The position numbers were made by a program, and so were the translations under genes. 64,000 nt of DNA, from assembly GCA_902627595.1 (NCBI GenBank), contig CACOJO010000004.1, forward strand, positions 27,632 through 91,631, given 5' to 3'. Shown here piece by piece: positions 9,902-20,638 of this stretch. The DNA is from an uncultured SAR86 cluster bacterium (GTDB lineage: Bacteria > Pseudomonadota > Gammaproteobacteria > Magnimaribacterales > AG-339-G14). The notes below the pieces were generated by a model, which did not search any database, had not been told where the DNA came from, and worked only from the letters and a program-made list of their open reading frames with translations. Numbering within the stretch: the stretch's first letter is position 1; each line of letters opens with the position of its first letter.

Positions 9902-10925
9902 CGCCTAATTTTTCCTGAAGACCTTTATTAGAAGTAGTGTAACCAAATGGGACTCTTTTTCCCGGATTAATTCGTTTATAAGCTTCTTGGACTGCAATGG
10001 TTGTTTCATGAAAACCACATAATATTAAATCCAGTTTGCCAGGATAAGTATTTATGTCACCAACAGCGAAAATACCTTCTTTATTCGTTTGATAATTCTC
10101 TGTATTTACCGCAATTTTTTTTCCATCTAAATCAATATTCCATTCAAGGATTGGACCAAGTTGCTTGTTCAAACCAAAGAAAAATAGAGCTTCATCGCAT
10201 TCTAAGATCTCACCTTCCTTGGTTTCAAAATGCATAAGCTCAACACCTTCAAAAGACGAATCTCCCTTAATTGATTTGATGACATAAGGGATTTTTAATT
10301 CAATTTTTCCTTTTTTTACAAGATCTCTCATTTGATTTTCGGTATGCTCAGCCCCTCTAAAATCATCTCTTCTATGAACTAAAAATATTTTTTTAGCAAT
10401 TTTAGATAATTCAACTGACCAATCCAAAGCGCTATCACCACCACCGAAAATAACTATTTCCTTATCTTCATATTTATCTTTTTCTTTAATTGCGTAGTCC
10501 ACACCTTTCGATAGGAATTTATCAGGATCTTCGACGGGGGGTTTTCTTGGTTCAAAAGCGCCAGCTCCAGCTGCAATAAAAACATTTTTTGTTTTGAATT
10601 CGGTATTTTCGCTGGTAACAACTCTCCAAAAATTATCAGGAAGCTCTTCAAGAACATCAACTCTTTGATTAAGATGAGTTTCATAATCAAAAGGCTTAAT
10701 TTGTTCTAATAATGCATCGATGTGCTCTTTACCAGTTTGATTTGCTACTCCGGGAATATCATAAATCGGCTTTTCCGGATAAAGCTCAATACACTGGCCG
10801 CCCACCTTGTCTAAATTGTCAATTAAATGACAATTTAAACCCAAAAGTCCTGCCTCAAAAACTGTAAAAAGACCTACTGGACCAGCACCGATAATAACGA
10901 TATCTGTTTCAATTGTTTTTGACAT
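9894..10925 (-). CDS. Ferredoxin-NADP(+) reductase, thioredoxin-reductase-like type
   Basis: TDIVIIGAGPVGLF, GGGDSALDW, FAVGDINTYPGKL, 343 aa. Confidence 0.7.
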   Translation of the reverse strand: MSKTIETDIVIIGAGPVGLFTVFEAGLLGLNCHLIDNLDKVGGQCIELYPEKPIYDIPGVANQTGKEHIDALLEQIKPFDYETHLNQRVDVLEELPDNFWRVVTSENTEFKTKNVFIAAGAGAFEPRKPPVEDPDKFLSKGVDYAIKEKDKYEDKEIVIFGGGDSALDWSVELSKIAKKIFLVHRRDDFRGAEHTENQMRDLVKKGKIELKIPYVIKSIKGDSSFEGVELMHFETKEGEILECDEALFFFGLNKQLGPILEWNIDLDGKKIAVNTENYQTNKEGIFAVGDINTYPGKLDLILCGFHETTIAVQEAYKRINPGKRVPFGYTTSNKGLQEKLGVK

Positions 10926-11257
10926 TAACTCACCTTCATTCCTGGCAATGCATCTGTATCTGGACTGACAATGTAGACACCGCTATCTTCATTGCTAGCA
11001 GCTAAAATCATTCCTTCTGAAGTTCCAAATCTCATATTCCGGGGTTTTAAATTATTTACACAAATGACCATTTTATTAAGTAAATTCGTTGGTTCATAGT
11101 ATTTCTTAATTCCAGCAAAAACAGTTTTTTCACCCAAATCGCCTAGGTCTAATTTTAGTTGTACCAATTTATCAGCTTCTTCAATTTCACTCACTTCTAT
11201 AATTTTTGCAACACGCAGGTCAATTTTAAAAAAATCATCAATTGTAATTTCATTCAC
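10925..11257 (-). CDS. Stand-alone tRNA-binding domain protein, equivalent to the MetRS C-terminal Trbp111/EMAP-like domain
   Basis: NEITIDDFFKIDLRVAKIIEVSEIEEADKLVQLKLDLG...NLKPRNMRFGTSEGMIL is colinear with the C-terminal domain of E. coli MetG as recalled. GTG start overlaps the metG stop (GTGAATGA). Confidence 0.75.
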   Translation of the reverse strand: MNEITIDDFFKIDLRVAKIIEVSEIEEADKLVQLKLDLGDLGEKTVFAGIKKYYEPTNLLNKMVICVNNLKPRNMRFGTSEGMILAASNEDSGVYIVSPDTDALPGMKVS

Positions 11258-12899
11258 TTTTACTTGCCTCTTTCAGTTTGTCTATCTTATCGTCTTCAAT
11301 TCTTTCAATTAATGGTTCAAACTTTTGAACCTCATGATTTTTGATTGAAATATTGAGATTATCAAGACCATCATCTTTTAAATTTAAATATTCTTTAATT
11401 TTAGATGCTGTCTCAGGAATTATAGGTTCTAAGCAAATATTTAATATCCTGAATAAATTCATAGCAGTGCTTGAAATTTTAATAACTTCTTTCTGATTTA
11501 TACTCTCCTTTGCCAGTATCCAAGGTTGATTATGGTCAATGTATTGATTGGCTGTATCTGCTAGTTTCATAATTCTCTTACATGCATTTGAATAATCTAA
11601 ATTAATTAAGTCATTAAATATTGCTTCGGTTTCATTTTGAAAATCTTCAATTAGATCCTCATCTAAATCTATACCTATTTTATTATCGTTAGTTGTTAAA
11701 AACTTTTGAACTCTACTGGCAATGTTGATGAATTTTCCAACTAAATCGGTATTAACTTTTTTTTGAAAATCTTCAAGATTAAAGTCGATGTCATCAATTT
11801 TATTGGTAAGTTTTGAAGCTAAATAGTATCTTAAAAAATCAGATTTTAATTCAGATGAATATTGATCAGCCAGAAGAAAATTTCCTTTGGATTTAGACAT
11901 TTTATTGCCATTCAAAGTTAAAAAGCCATGAACAAAAACATTTGAGGGTTTCTTAAATTGAGCTGCATGCAATAGAGCCGGCCAAAACAGAGCATGAAAA
12001 TTTAGGATATCTTTTCCAATAAAATGATAAATTTCATGAGTTGAATTTTCACTCCACAAATCTTTTGCAGTAAGTTTATTTTTTGAGTCCTTTAAAAATT
12101 TTTCTAAGGTGCCAATATAGCCAATTGGCGCATCTAGCCAGACATAAAAGAACTTTTCTTCAAAGCCTGGAATTTTAAATCCAAAGTAGGGCGCATCTCG
12201 TGAAATATCCCAATCCATAAGCCCATCTTTAAACCATTCTTGAAGCTTATTGATGACGCTATCTTGTAAAGAAGATTTGTCTATCCACTCTTTAATTTCT
12301 TTTTCTAACTTTGTCAGAGTAAAGAAAAGATGTTCACTTTCTTTAATAATTGGTGCTTTTTTTGAAAAAATTGATATGGGGTTAAGTAATTCAGTTGCTT
12401 CATATTTAGCTCCACAAACATCACAATTATCTCCATATTGGTTTGGCGCATTACACTTAGGACAATTTCCTTGTACATAACGATCTGCTAAGAATAAATT
12501 TCTTTCCTGGTCATAAAGTTGTTTGATATTTTGTTTTGAGATGTACCCATTTTTGAGTGCGGTGTTATAAATCAATTCACTGTATTTTTTATTCTCTTCA
12601 CTGTGGGTTTGATAATAACAATCATGAAGCACCTGAAACGTTCTTAAAGTTTTTTTGTGTTCATTCATGTATTTATCTACTAATTTTTCGGGTGAGACAT
12701 TTTCTTCTTCAGCTTTCATCATGATAGGCGTACCATGAGCATCAGATGCACAGAGATAAATGCAGTCATTACCTACAATACGTTGCGATCTAACCCAAAT
12801 ATCGGTCTGAATATGTTCTAGTAAATGTCCAAAATGAAGTGGACCGTTTGCGTAAGGAAGTGCACTAGTAACAATTAATTCTTTTTTTTTCGTTGTCAT
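11250..12899 (-). CDS. metG: Methionine-tRNA ligase (catalytic body plus anticodon-binding domain; no C-terminal tRNA-binding domain)
   Basis: SALPYANGPLHFGHLLE (HIGH region), KMSKS, and the zinc knuckle CPKC...CDVCG. 549 aa. Confidence 0.9.
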   Translation of the reverse strand: MTTKKKELIVTSALPYANGPLHFGHLLEHIQTDIWVRSQRIVGNDCIYLCASDAHGTPIMMKAEEENVSPEKLVDKYMNEHKKTLRTFQVLHDCYYQTHSEENKKYSELIYNTALKNGYISKQNIKQLYDQERNLFLADRYVQGNCPKCNAPNQYGDNCDVCGAKYEATELLNPISIFSKKAPIIKESEHLFFTLTKLEKEIKEWIDKSSLQDSVINKLQEWFKDGLMDWDISRDAPYFGFKIPGFEEKFFYVWLDAPIGYIGTLEKFLKDSKNKLTAKDLWSENSTHEIYHFIGKDILNFHALFWPALLHAAQFKKPSNVFVHGFLTLNGNKMSKSKGNFLLADQYSSELKSDFLRYYLASKLTNKIDDIDFNLEDFQKKVNTDLVGKFINIASRVQKFLTTNDNKIGIDLDEDLIEDFQNETEAIFNDLINLDYSNACKRIMKLADTANQYIDHNQPWILAKESINQKEVIKISSTAMNLFRILNICLEPIIPETASKIKEYLNLKDDGLDNLNISIKNHEVQKFEPLIERIEDDKIDKLKEASKSE

Positions 12900-12916
12900 A
12901 GGAATAAGCTATCAAC

Positions 12917-13657
12917 ATGAAGAAAGGTCATTTTATCTCAAATGCCAAAAGTATTCTGTTGATTTTATTTTTAGCAATGTCAGGTTGTGCAACAACCAAT
13001 AATCTATCGAGCGATTTTAATCCTGAAGATCCATATGAAAAAAGCAATCGAAAGGTATTTGAGTTCAATAATAAAATAGATAAGTTATTTTTAAGACCTG
13101 TAACTGATTTTTACGATAAAGCAACTCCAGAGTTTGCCCAAACGTCCATAACAAATTTTTTTGCAAACTTAGATGATATTAGAATTTCAATCAACAATCT
13201 TTTACAAGGCAATGTTGTTGAATCTATAAGCGACATAACTCGTTTTTTTATTAATTCTGTATTTGGATTAGCTGGTTTTTTTGATGTTGCTTCGGAAATG
13301 GGTTTAGAAAAACATAGCGAAGATTTTGGTCAAACTTTAGGTAAGTGGGGTGCTAAACCAGGACCGTATTTAATGCTGCCTTTTTTAGGACCCAGTACCA
13401 CAAGAGACGCTTTTACTTTTGTGGGCGATACTGCTCTTGCCCCAGCTCTTTCTTTGGATGATAACAGAGCAAGGTTGGGTCTTATATCTCTAGACTTAAT
13501 TAACACTTATTCAGCTTTCACAGGTATAGCCGACATTGAAAGCAAAGATCAGTATGCTTTTTTGAGAGATGCTTATCTTGAAAGAAGAAAATACGAAGTG
13601 AACGATGGACTATCGGAAGAAGAGCTTTTTCAAGATGAAGATTTTGAAGATTTTTAA
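12917..13657 (+). CDS. mlaA: MlaA/VacJ family outer-membrane lipoprotein
   Basis: Lipobox (AMSGC), NRKVFEFNNKIDKLFLRPV, GPYLMLPFLGPST. Confidence 0.8.
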   Translation: MKKGHFISNAKSILLILFLAMSGCATTNNLSSDFNPEDPYEKSNRKVFEFNNKIDKLFLRPVTDFYDKATPEFAQTSITNFFANLDDIRISINNLLQGNVVESISDITRFFINSVFGLAGFFDVASEMGLEKHSEDFGQTLGKWGAKPGPYLMLPFLGPSTTRDAFTFVGDTALAPALSLDDNRARLGLISLDLINTYSAFTGIADIESKDQYAFLRDAYLERRKYEVNDGLSEEELFQDEDFEDF

Positions 13658-14908
13658 TTAATCAACAAAAGCACTGTAAACCATTGATTGCATCTGTACT
13701 CTTATCGGGTAATAACCTGATGGCATCAACTGAGTCATTAAAATACAAATTAACTCTTCTTTAGGATCTATCCAGAAAAAAGTGCTTGCGGCACCGCCCC
13801 AGTTATAACTTCCAATTGAACCAGAATTTTGAGTGTCAGCTAAATCTATATTTACCCCAAAACCCAGTCCAAAACCAACTCCTTTATATCTAATTTCACT
13901 AAAACTTCCTTCAGAACCCATCGTTACCATATCTTGATTCTCAGGCAGATGATTAGAAGTCATTAATTCAATAGTTTTTCTTGACAAAAGTCTTTGGCCT
14001 TCAAAAATACCTCCATTCAAAAGCATTTGACAGAAATTGTAGTAATCTTCTGTAGTAGAAACCAAACCTCCTCCTCCAGATAAATGGAGAGGCATACTTG
14101 AATAACCACTTTTATTGTTTCCCGCATCTTGAAGTCTTAAATACTCTTTGGGTGTTCTTTCGTAACATGCAGCAAACCTATTAATTTTATTTTTGGCAAC
14201 ATAAAAACCTGTATCTTTCATTTTTAAAGGTTTAAAAATATATTTTGCAAAATAAGCATCTAACGACATACCACTTAAAACTTCTATCAATCTTCCGCAG
14301 ATATCTGTGGCAACGCTATAGTTCCATTTATCTCCTGGATCAAACTCCAAAGGTAAACTGGCTATTGATTTTGAAAAATTTTCTAAATCAAGAGGCGGAA
14401 AACTAAAATCTGTATTTTCTCCTCTTGGACCACTCCAAACTTTACGATAAGCATGATCTATATTTGTTCTATAGTGAAAACCGTAAGTTAATCCAGCTGT
14501 ATGGGTTAACAAATCTCTAATAGAGATTTCTCGATCTGCAGGACGAGTCATAAAATGTGGATAACTACCTGAGACAAAGACTTTTGGATTTTTAAATTCT
14601 GGTAAAAATTTACTTACTGGATCTGCTAATTGAAAAAGACCTTGTTCAAATAATTGCATTAAAGCAACGCTGGTTATGGGCTTAGTCATTGAGTAAATTC
14701 TAAAAATAGTATCTTTTTCAATTTTTTTGTTATTTTCTACATCTCTCAAACCAGTAGACTTGAAATGAATAACTTTTCCTTTTCTGGCAATTAAGGTTTG
14801 AATACCTGCCAATTTGCCATTTTGAATATATTTTTCCTTAAAAAAGTTTTCCATTTTCATTAATCTCTCTTTTGAAAGACCATATTTTTCAGGATTTAGA
14901 GTTTTCAT
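13658..14908 (-). CDS. Serine hydrolase, beta-lactamase/esterase family
   Basis: S-x-x-K motif (YSMTKPITS) in a 416-aa protein. Second member of this family in the window. Confidence 0.7.
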   Translation of the reverse strand: MKTLNPEKYGLSKERLMKMENFFKEKYIQNGKLAGIQTLIARKGKVIHFKSTGLRDVENNKKIEKDTIFRIYSMTKPITSVALMQLFEQGLFQLADPVSKFLPEFKNPKVFVSGSYPHFMTRPADREISIRDLLTHTAGLTYGFHYRTNIDHAYRKVWSGPRGENTDFSFPPLDLENFSKSIASLPLEFDPGDKWNYSVATDICGRLIEVLSGMSLDAYFAKYIFKPLKMKDTGFYVAKNKINRFAACYERTPKEYLRLQDAGNNKSGYSSMPLHLSGGGGLVSTTEDYYNFCQMLLNGGIFEGQRLLSRKTIELMTSNHLPENQDMVTMGSEGSFSEIRYKGVGFGLGFGVNIDLADTQNSGSIGSYNWGGAASTFFWIDPKEELICILMTQLMPSGYYPIRVQMQSMVYSAFVD

Positions 14909-15348
14909 ATTTTCTCCTTTGCTGAGATTTTAGCTTTTATAAAATCTGAATGAGCAACGTAAATTAAGTTAGCAATTTTTCTTATGATGTGTTCTTCGTA
15001 TTTATCAATATTTCCATCTGCGTAAGCAATTTTCCACATTGACTCTATTAATTTAAATTTTTGTTCCGCATCAAAATTATCATTTATATCTCTGGTAAAT
15101 TCATAAAGAGAAGTTGAGTCCGCAACATTTTCTTTTGCATGATTTATTAACTCATCCACTTCGTTCTGATTTATTTCAAAATCTTTAATCAATGTATTTT
15201 TTAATGTTTCTATTTCGGTATCGTCAAGAATTTCATCTGCCATACCTGTCTCCAATAGAAGTGCGATACAAGCTTTTGTAGTTGTTTCATCATCAATTTC
15301 AGGTTTCTGGGTTTCTTCAGTATTAAAAATTTTTTTAAAAAAGTTCAT
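14905..15348 (-). CDS. TerB-like (tellurite-resistance/DjlA N-domain family) protein
   Basis: 147-aa acidic helical protein. Repeated D/E-rich helices (ADEILDDTEIETL, AYADGNIDKYEEHIIRKIA) fit the TerB fold pattern. Weak call. Confidence 0.4.
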   Translation of the reverse strand: MNFFKKIFNTEETQKPEIDDETTTKACIALLLETGMADEILDDTEIETLKNTLIKDFEINQNEVDELINHAKENVADSTSLYEFTRDINDNFDAEQKFKLIESMWKIAYADGNIDKYEEHIIRKIANLIYVAHSDFIKAKISAKEKI

Positions 15349-16307
15349 GCTGCTCTATTTTGACTTTCTAAAATTATATTTTTCAACTCATCTCTAATTT
15401 TTTCATTTTTTTGATTACTAACCAAAACGAATCTAGATTTTTTTGCATTATTCAATCCTTTGAATAAATTTAACATGTGGAATCTAGCTTTGATTTTTTC
15501 TTTAGAATTGAGATTATCAATGTACTCAAACATCTGATCAATTACTGTCAATAAACTTTTATTTTCTTTATTTACGTCATAAAAAAGTTTATCTACTTCC
15601 AATAATCGCAAAGGGAATTCGTATACAGCCCTTCCAACCATTATGCCATCTAAATTCTTAAAATCTTCTTTTGCTGAGATAAAACTACTAATACCGCCAT
15701 TGATAATGATATTAATATCTTGAAAGTCTTTTTTTAATCTCATAACTCTTTCGTAGTTGAGTGGAGGTATTGTTCTATTTTCTTTAGGATCCAAACCTTT
15801 TAAAAGAGCAATCCTTGCATGGACATAAAAAGTTTTAATACCAATTTTACATAATTCATCTACAAAGAAATCAAGATAATGCTCAATATCAGAGTCATCA
15901 ACGCCTAGTCTTATCTTTACTGAAACCTCTTTATCAGAAACGCAAATCATTTCAGATAAACATTTTTTTACTAGCTCCACGTCTTTCATCAATACTGCTC
16001 CAAAGTTTCCAGACTGAACCTTTGAGCTAGGACATCCAAGATTTAAATTAATTTCAGAATAATTGAAATCATTAGATATTTCTGTGGCTTTTTTTAATTC
16101 TTCTGGATTACTGCCTCCAATTTGCAAAACAGTAGAATTAGACACGCCAGTGTTATCTAGAAATTTTTTAGGATTACTTCGATTTATTGCATTTGCGTGA
16201 ATCATCTCTGTAAATAAAATTGCTTCTTTAGATAAAATCCCACTCAAGTACCTAAAATGACGATCAGTTCTTCTCATCATTGGAGCAACACAAAAAGATC
16301 TATTCAT
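15345..16307 (-). CDS. dusA: tRNA-dihydrouridine synthase A
   Basis: FCVAPMMRRTDRHFRYL, NLNLGCPS, 320 aa. Confidence 0.8.
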   Translation of the reverse strand: MNRSFCVAPMMRRTDRHFRYLSGILSKEAILFTEMIHANAINRSNPKKFLDNTGVSNSTVLQIGGSNPEELKKATEISNDFNYSEINLNLGCPSSKVQSGNFGAVLMKDVELVKKCLSEMICVSDKEVSVKIRLGVDDSDIEHYLDFFVDELCKIGIKTFYVHARIALLKGLDPKENRTIPPLNYERVMRLKKDFQDINIIINGGISSFISAKEDFKNLDGIMVGRAVYEFPLRLLEVDKLFYDVNKENKSLLTVIDQMFEYIDNLNSKEKIKARFHMLNLFKGLNNAKKSRFVLVSNQKNEKIRDELKNIILESQNRAA

Positions 16308-17779
16308 TAGAGAAAATATATTACCGATAGAACTCCTACCACTGACAAGACAATAGTGTAGGGCAACGCCATTAAAACCATTCGTAAATAGGAAAGACCT
16401 AATAGAGGTGCTACAGAAGAAGTAAGTAAAAATAAAAATGCAGCTTGACCGTTAGGAGTAGCCACACTAGGTAGGTTTGTACCACTATTTATTGCAATAG
16501 CTAATAAATCAAATTGTTCTCTACCAATTACGCCACTATCCAAGGCTTCTTTAACTTCACTTATATAAATGGTCGCGACAAAAACATTATCACTAATCAT
16601 CGATAATATTCCATTTACCATGAAAAACATCGGTATTTGAATTTCTTGTCTCAAGCTCAAAACATAAGTTATAACTGGAGTGAATAAGTGTTGGTCATGT
16701 ATAACCGCAACTACTGCAAAAAATACGACTAGCAGAGCAGTAAATGGTAAAGCCTCTTCAAAAGCTTTTCCAAGTTTCGGTTCTTCAATGACTCCATTAA
16801 AAGCAGTCAACAAAACGATAATCATTAGACCGATTAGCCCAACAGCAGCAAGTCCAAGAGCCAAAGAAAATACTAATATCAAAGCAACTGCTGCTTGAGT
16901 AATGATTTTCATATTTTGAGCATTAGTTCTTTCTAAAGACTCTTGTTTATCAAAGTTATAGAGGATTTGTCTAATATGATCTGGAAGCTGAACCCCAAAA
17001 GAAAATAAAGAAAATCTTTCAACGAAATAACAAGTTATCAATCCTGCAATGAAGACAGGAAAAGATATTGGAAGCATTTTTAAAAAGAATTCAATAAATG
17101 ACCAATCGGCAACACTAGCAATTAATAAGTTTTGTGGCTCTCCCACAGTTGTAGCAACACCACCTAAAGCAGTTCCAACTGCTCCATGCATTAATAAATT
17201 TCGAAGAAACCCTTTAAAAGTCTCAAATTCACTTGAGTTCTCAGAAAAAGAATCTTCCTTTGACGCAACACTTTTATAAACATGATAAAAACCTGCTGCA
17301 ACTGCAATCAATACTGCCATTACTGTTAAAGCATCTAGAAAAGCAGATAGAAATGCTGCTGAAAAAACAAAAAGCAGACATAAAATTCTTTTATTCTTAA
17401 TGTTAATTAAAAGCTTAGTGAAAATATATAAAAGAAAATCCTTCATAAAGTAGATGCCAGCTACCATAAAAACTAGCAGCAAAATAACCTTTAAATTTGC
17501 TTCAACCTCATAATAGATTTGTCCTGTATTGGTAAGACCCATTAAGATAGACTCTAACGCTATCAATCCACCAGGTTGAAGAGGGTAACATTTGATTGCC
17601 ATTGCCAATGTAAAAATAAATTCACCCAGAATAATCCATCCAAGGATGAATCCTGCAGGCAAGCTCATGGCGTCAAATAAAACGTATATAATCGGATTAA
17701 TAATCAAAAAAGAGATTATTGTGTTTTTATACCAATTAGGAGCAGCTCCTAAAAAATTATAATAAATTGAATTTATCAT
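16307..17779 (-). CDS. nhaB: Na+/H+ antiporter NhaB
   Basis: The N-terminus ([23 protein letters not shown]) matches the NhaB N-terminus as recalled. 490-aa polytopic membrane protein. Confidence 0.75.
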   Translation of the reverse strand: MINSIYYNFLGAAPNWYKNTIISFLIINPIIYVLFDAMSLPAGFILGWIILGEFIFTLAMAIKCYPLQPGGLIALESILMGLTNTGQIYYEVEANLKVILLLVFMVAGIYFMKDFLLYIFTKLLINIKNKRILCLLFVFSAAFLSAFLDALTVMAVLIAVAAGFYHVYKSVASKEDSFSENSSEFETFKGFLRNLLMHGAVGTALGGVATTVGEPQNLLIASVADWSFIEFFLKMLPISFPVFIAGLITCYFVERFSLFSFGVQLPDHIRQILYNFDKQESLERTNAQNMKIITQAAVALILVFSLALGLAAVGLIGLMIIVLLTAFNGVIEEPKLGKAFEEALPFTALLVVFFAVVAVIHDQHLFTPVITYVLSLRQEIQIPMFFMVNGILSMISDNVFVATIYISEVKEALDSGVIGREQFDLLAIAINSGTNLPSVATPNGQAAFLFLLTSSVAPLLGLSYLRMVLMALPYTIVLSVVGVLSVIYFL

Positions 17780-17790
17780 GGTGATTTCAT

Positions 17791-18612
17791 TTGTTTAACT
17801 TTGAACCTGCAAATTATATAGAAGTTGAATCTAAAGACTCAGAATTTTTTGTTATATTTGAGCAAAGCATTCTCTCATTTACAAATGAAAATTTCATCAG
17901 GCCTATAACACAAGATGAATTAAATTGGTCTTATATAGAAGAAAAAGAAAGACATTTTTTAGGTTATCTCAATAACAAACAATGTTTTGTTATTTTGGCT
18001 GAAAAAAATCAGTGTGAACTTGAACATTCAATATTCATTGATATGCGCTCAGCACTTGGAAGAATGCCTGATCAATTATTCGATGTCATAGCAAGATCTA
18101 TTCAAATCATAAATTGGTCTAAAGATCATCAATTTTGTGGGACTTGCGGGTCAAAAATGGAACAACATATCAAAGAAAGGGCAATGGAATGTTCAAAATG
18201 TAGAAATCAACTTGTTTATCCTAGAATTTCACCTTGTGTAATTACGCTCATATATAAAGAAAATGAATTTTTACTTGCACACAATAAAAATTTTCCTCCA
18301 GATTTCTATAGTACTTTGGCAGGTTTTATAGAACCAGGTGAGTCTGTTGAGAATGCATTAAAAAGAGAAGTTTTGGAAGAAGTAAATATAAAAATAAAAA
18401 ATTTAGAGTATTTTTCGAGTCAAACTTGGCCTTTTCCCAGTCAATTGATGTTGGGTTTCTATGCTGAATACGACTCAGGTGAAATAAAACCTGATGGTGA
18501 GGAAATTGATGATGCTCAATGGTTCAATAAAGATAACATTCCGAAAAATGTACCTCCATCTAATATTTCTATATCAGGAAAGTTAATCGAAAACTTTATC
18601 AATAAATTTTAA
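17791..18612 (+). CDS. nudC: NADH pyrophosphatase (Nudix)
   Basis: Zn ribbon CGTCGS...CSKCRN followed by the Nudix box [26 protein letters not shown] start. Confidence 0.8.
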   Translation: MFNFEPANYIEVESKDSEFFVIFEQSILSFTNENFIRPITQDELNWSYIEEKERHFLGYLNNKQCFVILAEKNQCELEHSIFIDMRSALGRMPDQLFDVIARSIQIINWSKDHQFCGTCGSKMEQHIKERAMECSKCRNQLVYPRISPCVITLIYKENEFLLAHNKNFPPDFYSTLAGFIEPGESVENALKREVLEEVNIKIKNLEYFSSQTWPFPSQLMLGFYAEYDSGEIKPDGEEIDDAQWFNKDNIPKNVPPSNISISGKLIENFINKF

Positions 18613-18613
18613 A

Positions 18614-20638
18614 TTATTTATTTCTTGGGTCGTTTGCCGCTCTTTCTGAGGGTATTTTTGTTTCAGCGCTCTCTTTTTTAATCGAAGCATCCTTATCTGT
18701 TTTAGGTCTACTCAATTTTCTAGGTTTAGAACGGTTTTCGTTATGAACTGCATCCTGATTTTTATTTTCGAAGGATTTTTCAAAATTTTTATCTTTAGGT
18801 TTAGATATTTCAGGGCTTTCAGATTTTGGTTTTTTTGAAATATTATTTGTTTTATTTTCCGTCGATTTCTGAGGCTTTTTGTTTTTAGAATTTGATTTCC
18901 TATTATCATTAAACCTTTTTGTATTGGATTTATTTTTTCCATCAGGTCTATTTCTGTTTTTCTGGTAAGGCTTTTTGCTTTGATTTTTAGAGAATTTACT
19001 TCTTTTACTTGGTTTCTGTGTTTGTTTCTTAGGCTGGGTACTTTTAAATAACTCTATGAATCTTTTAAACAAAGATTTTTTTGGTCTACGCGATCTTTTA
19101 ATATCTAATAGAGGCTTTTCTTCTAAACTTTTTTTCTTACTTTTCTTTTCGAAGTGATCAGCAACAGAAATACTAGATCTATTTTTTTCAGGATCGATAA
19201 CTTTTCCATCTTTAATTCTTATTACTTCAAACCTTGAGTCTGGTCTTGTTGCATCAGATATTACTACAAGTTTTACACTGCTTCGGGCCTCAATGTCATT
19301 CAAACGAACTCTTCTTTCATTAAGAAGCAATGCAGACATATCAGGAGAAACAATAGCTCTAACTTCACTTGTTTTTTCTTTACTTGACTCCTCTTCAAGT
19401 AATCTGAGAACTGCAGTAGAAAGAGTATTTATATCCTGAGTCCATCTTTCCTTTAATGAAGATCTCAGTCTTTGCCTCGATAATTCGAGTAATCCAAATC
19501 TTGATATTCTTCCAATTTGTACTCTGGCGCGATCTTCAGATAATGCCTCTCTCATAGCATCTTCTACAGCTCTCTTATTTTCAATTTTCATCATATCAAT
19601 AAAATCGATAACAACTAAGCCGCCAATATCTCTCAACCTTAATTGTCTTCCGATTTCCGCACATGCTTCGATATTAGTTTTGACTGCTGTTTCTTCAATA
19701 TCTTTTCCTGAAGTAGCTTGAGAAGAATTAATATCTATTGCTACTAATGCTTCAGCATCGTCAATTACTATGGATCCACCAGAAGTAAGCTTAACTTCTC
19801 TTTGATAAGCAGTTTCGATTTGAGACTCAATTTGATAGCGAGTAAAAAGAGGCAAAGTATTTTCATATTTGTTCAAGATGTTTAATTGATCAGGCATAAC
19901 CCTTTCAACAAATTCAGAGGCTTCTTCAAAAGCTTCTTCAGTATCAACCCAGATTTCCTCTATATCTTCTTTTAAATAGTCCCTTAAAGCTCGAATGATA
20001 ATATCGCTTTCTTTGAATATTAGAATTGGACTATTTTTAAGAGTATTTGCTTCGTTTATTCCTTCCCACAATCTTTGTAAATAATCTAAGTCCCATTTCA
20101 AGTCTTCCAAATCTTTTCCTTCTCCAGCGGTTCTTACAATCAACCCCATAGAGTCGGGTACATTCAAAGAAGAAATTCTGTCTTTTAATTTATCCCTTTC
20201 TATACCTTCTAATCTTCTAGAGATACCAGCAGCTTTAGGATTATTAGGCATCAAAACTAAATATCTACCAGCCAGACTAATGTTTGTCGTTAGAGCAGCA
20301 CCTTTATTACCTCTTTCATCTTTTTCAACTTGAACTAAGATTTCCTGATCTTTTTTTAAACAATCGGATATAGACAACCTAGTATTGCGATTATTTCTTT
20401 CTGGGTAGAATTGAGGAGAAATCTCTTTAAACGGTAAAAAACCATGTCTCTCAGCTCCATAATTTACAAACGCAGCACCTAAACTAGGCTCTATTCTGCT
20501 TACCTTGCCTTTATAAATATTTCCTTTTCTACGAATTTCACTAATATTTTCAATATCTAAGTCGTAAAGAATATTTCCTTCGGTAATTGCAACTCTAAGC
20601 TCTTCGGGCTGTGTTGCATTTATAAGCATTCTTTTCAT
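18614..20638 (-). CDS. rne: Ribonuclease E (short form with a lysine-rich C-terminal tail)
   Basis: MKRMLINATQPEELRVA, S1 domain, DNase-I-like and Zn-link regions. The last ~170 aa are K/N/S/P-rich low complexity. Confidence 0.9.
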   Translation of the reverse strand: MKRMLINATQPEELRVAITEGNILYDLDIENISEIRRKGNIYKGKVSRIEPSLGAAFVNYGAERHGFLPFKEISPQFYPERNNRNTRLSISDCLKKDQEILVQVEKDERGNKGAALTTNISLAGRYLVLMPNNPKAAGISRRLEGIERDKLKDRISSLNVPDSMGLIVRTAGEGKDLEDLKWDLDYLQRLWEGINEANTLKNSPILIFKESDIIIRALRDYLKEDIEEIWVDTEEAFEEASEFVERVMPDQLNILNKYENTLPLFTRYQIESQIETAYQREVKLTSGGSIVIDDAEALVAIDINSSQATSGKDIEETAVKTNIEACAEIGRQLRLRDIGGLVVIDFIDMMKIENKRAVEDAMREALSEDRARVQIGRISRFGLLELSRQRLRSSLKERWTQDINTLSTAVLRLLEEESSKEKTSEVRAIVSPDMSALLLNERRVRLNDIEARSSVKLVVISDATRPDSRFEVIRIKDGKVIDPEKNRSSISVADHFEKKSKKKSLEEKPLLDIKRSRRPKKSLFKRFIELFKSTQPKKQTQKPSKRSKFSKNQSKKPYQKNRNRPDGKNKSNTKRFNDNRKSNSKNKKPQKSTENKTNNISKKPKSESPEISKPKDKNFEKSFENKNQDAVHNENRSKPRKLSRPKTDKDASIKKESAETKIPSERAANDPRNK

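Noticed and set aside
18650-19100. A repeat-like, A/T-rich low-complexity tract that could be mistaken for a tandem repeat or CRISPR-like array.
   Set aside because: It is the coding sequence of the lysine-rich C-terminal tail of RNase E in an uninterrupted frame. I saw no regular repeat-spacer periodicity.
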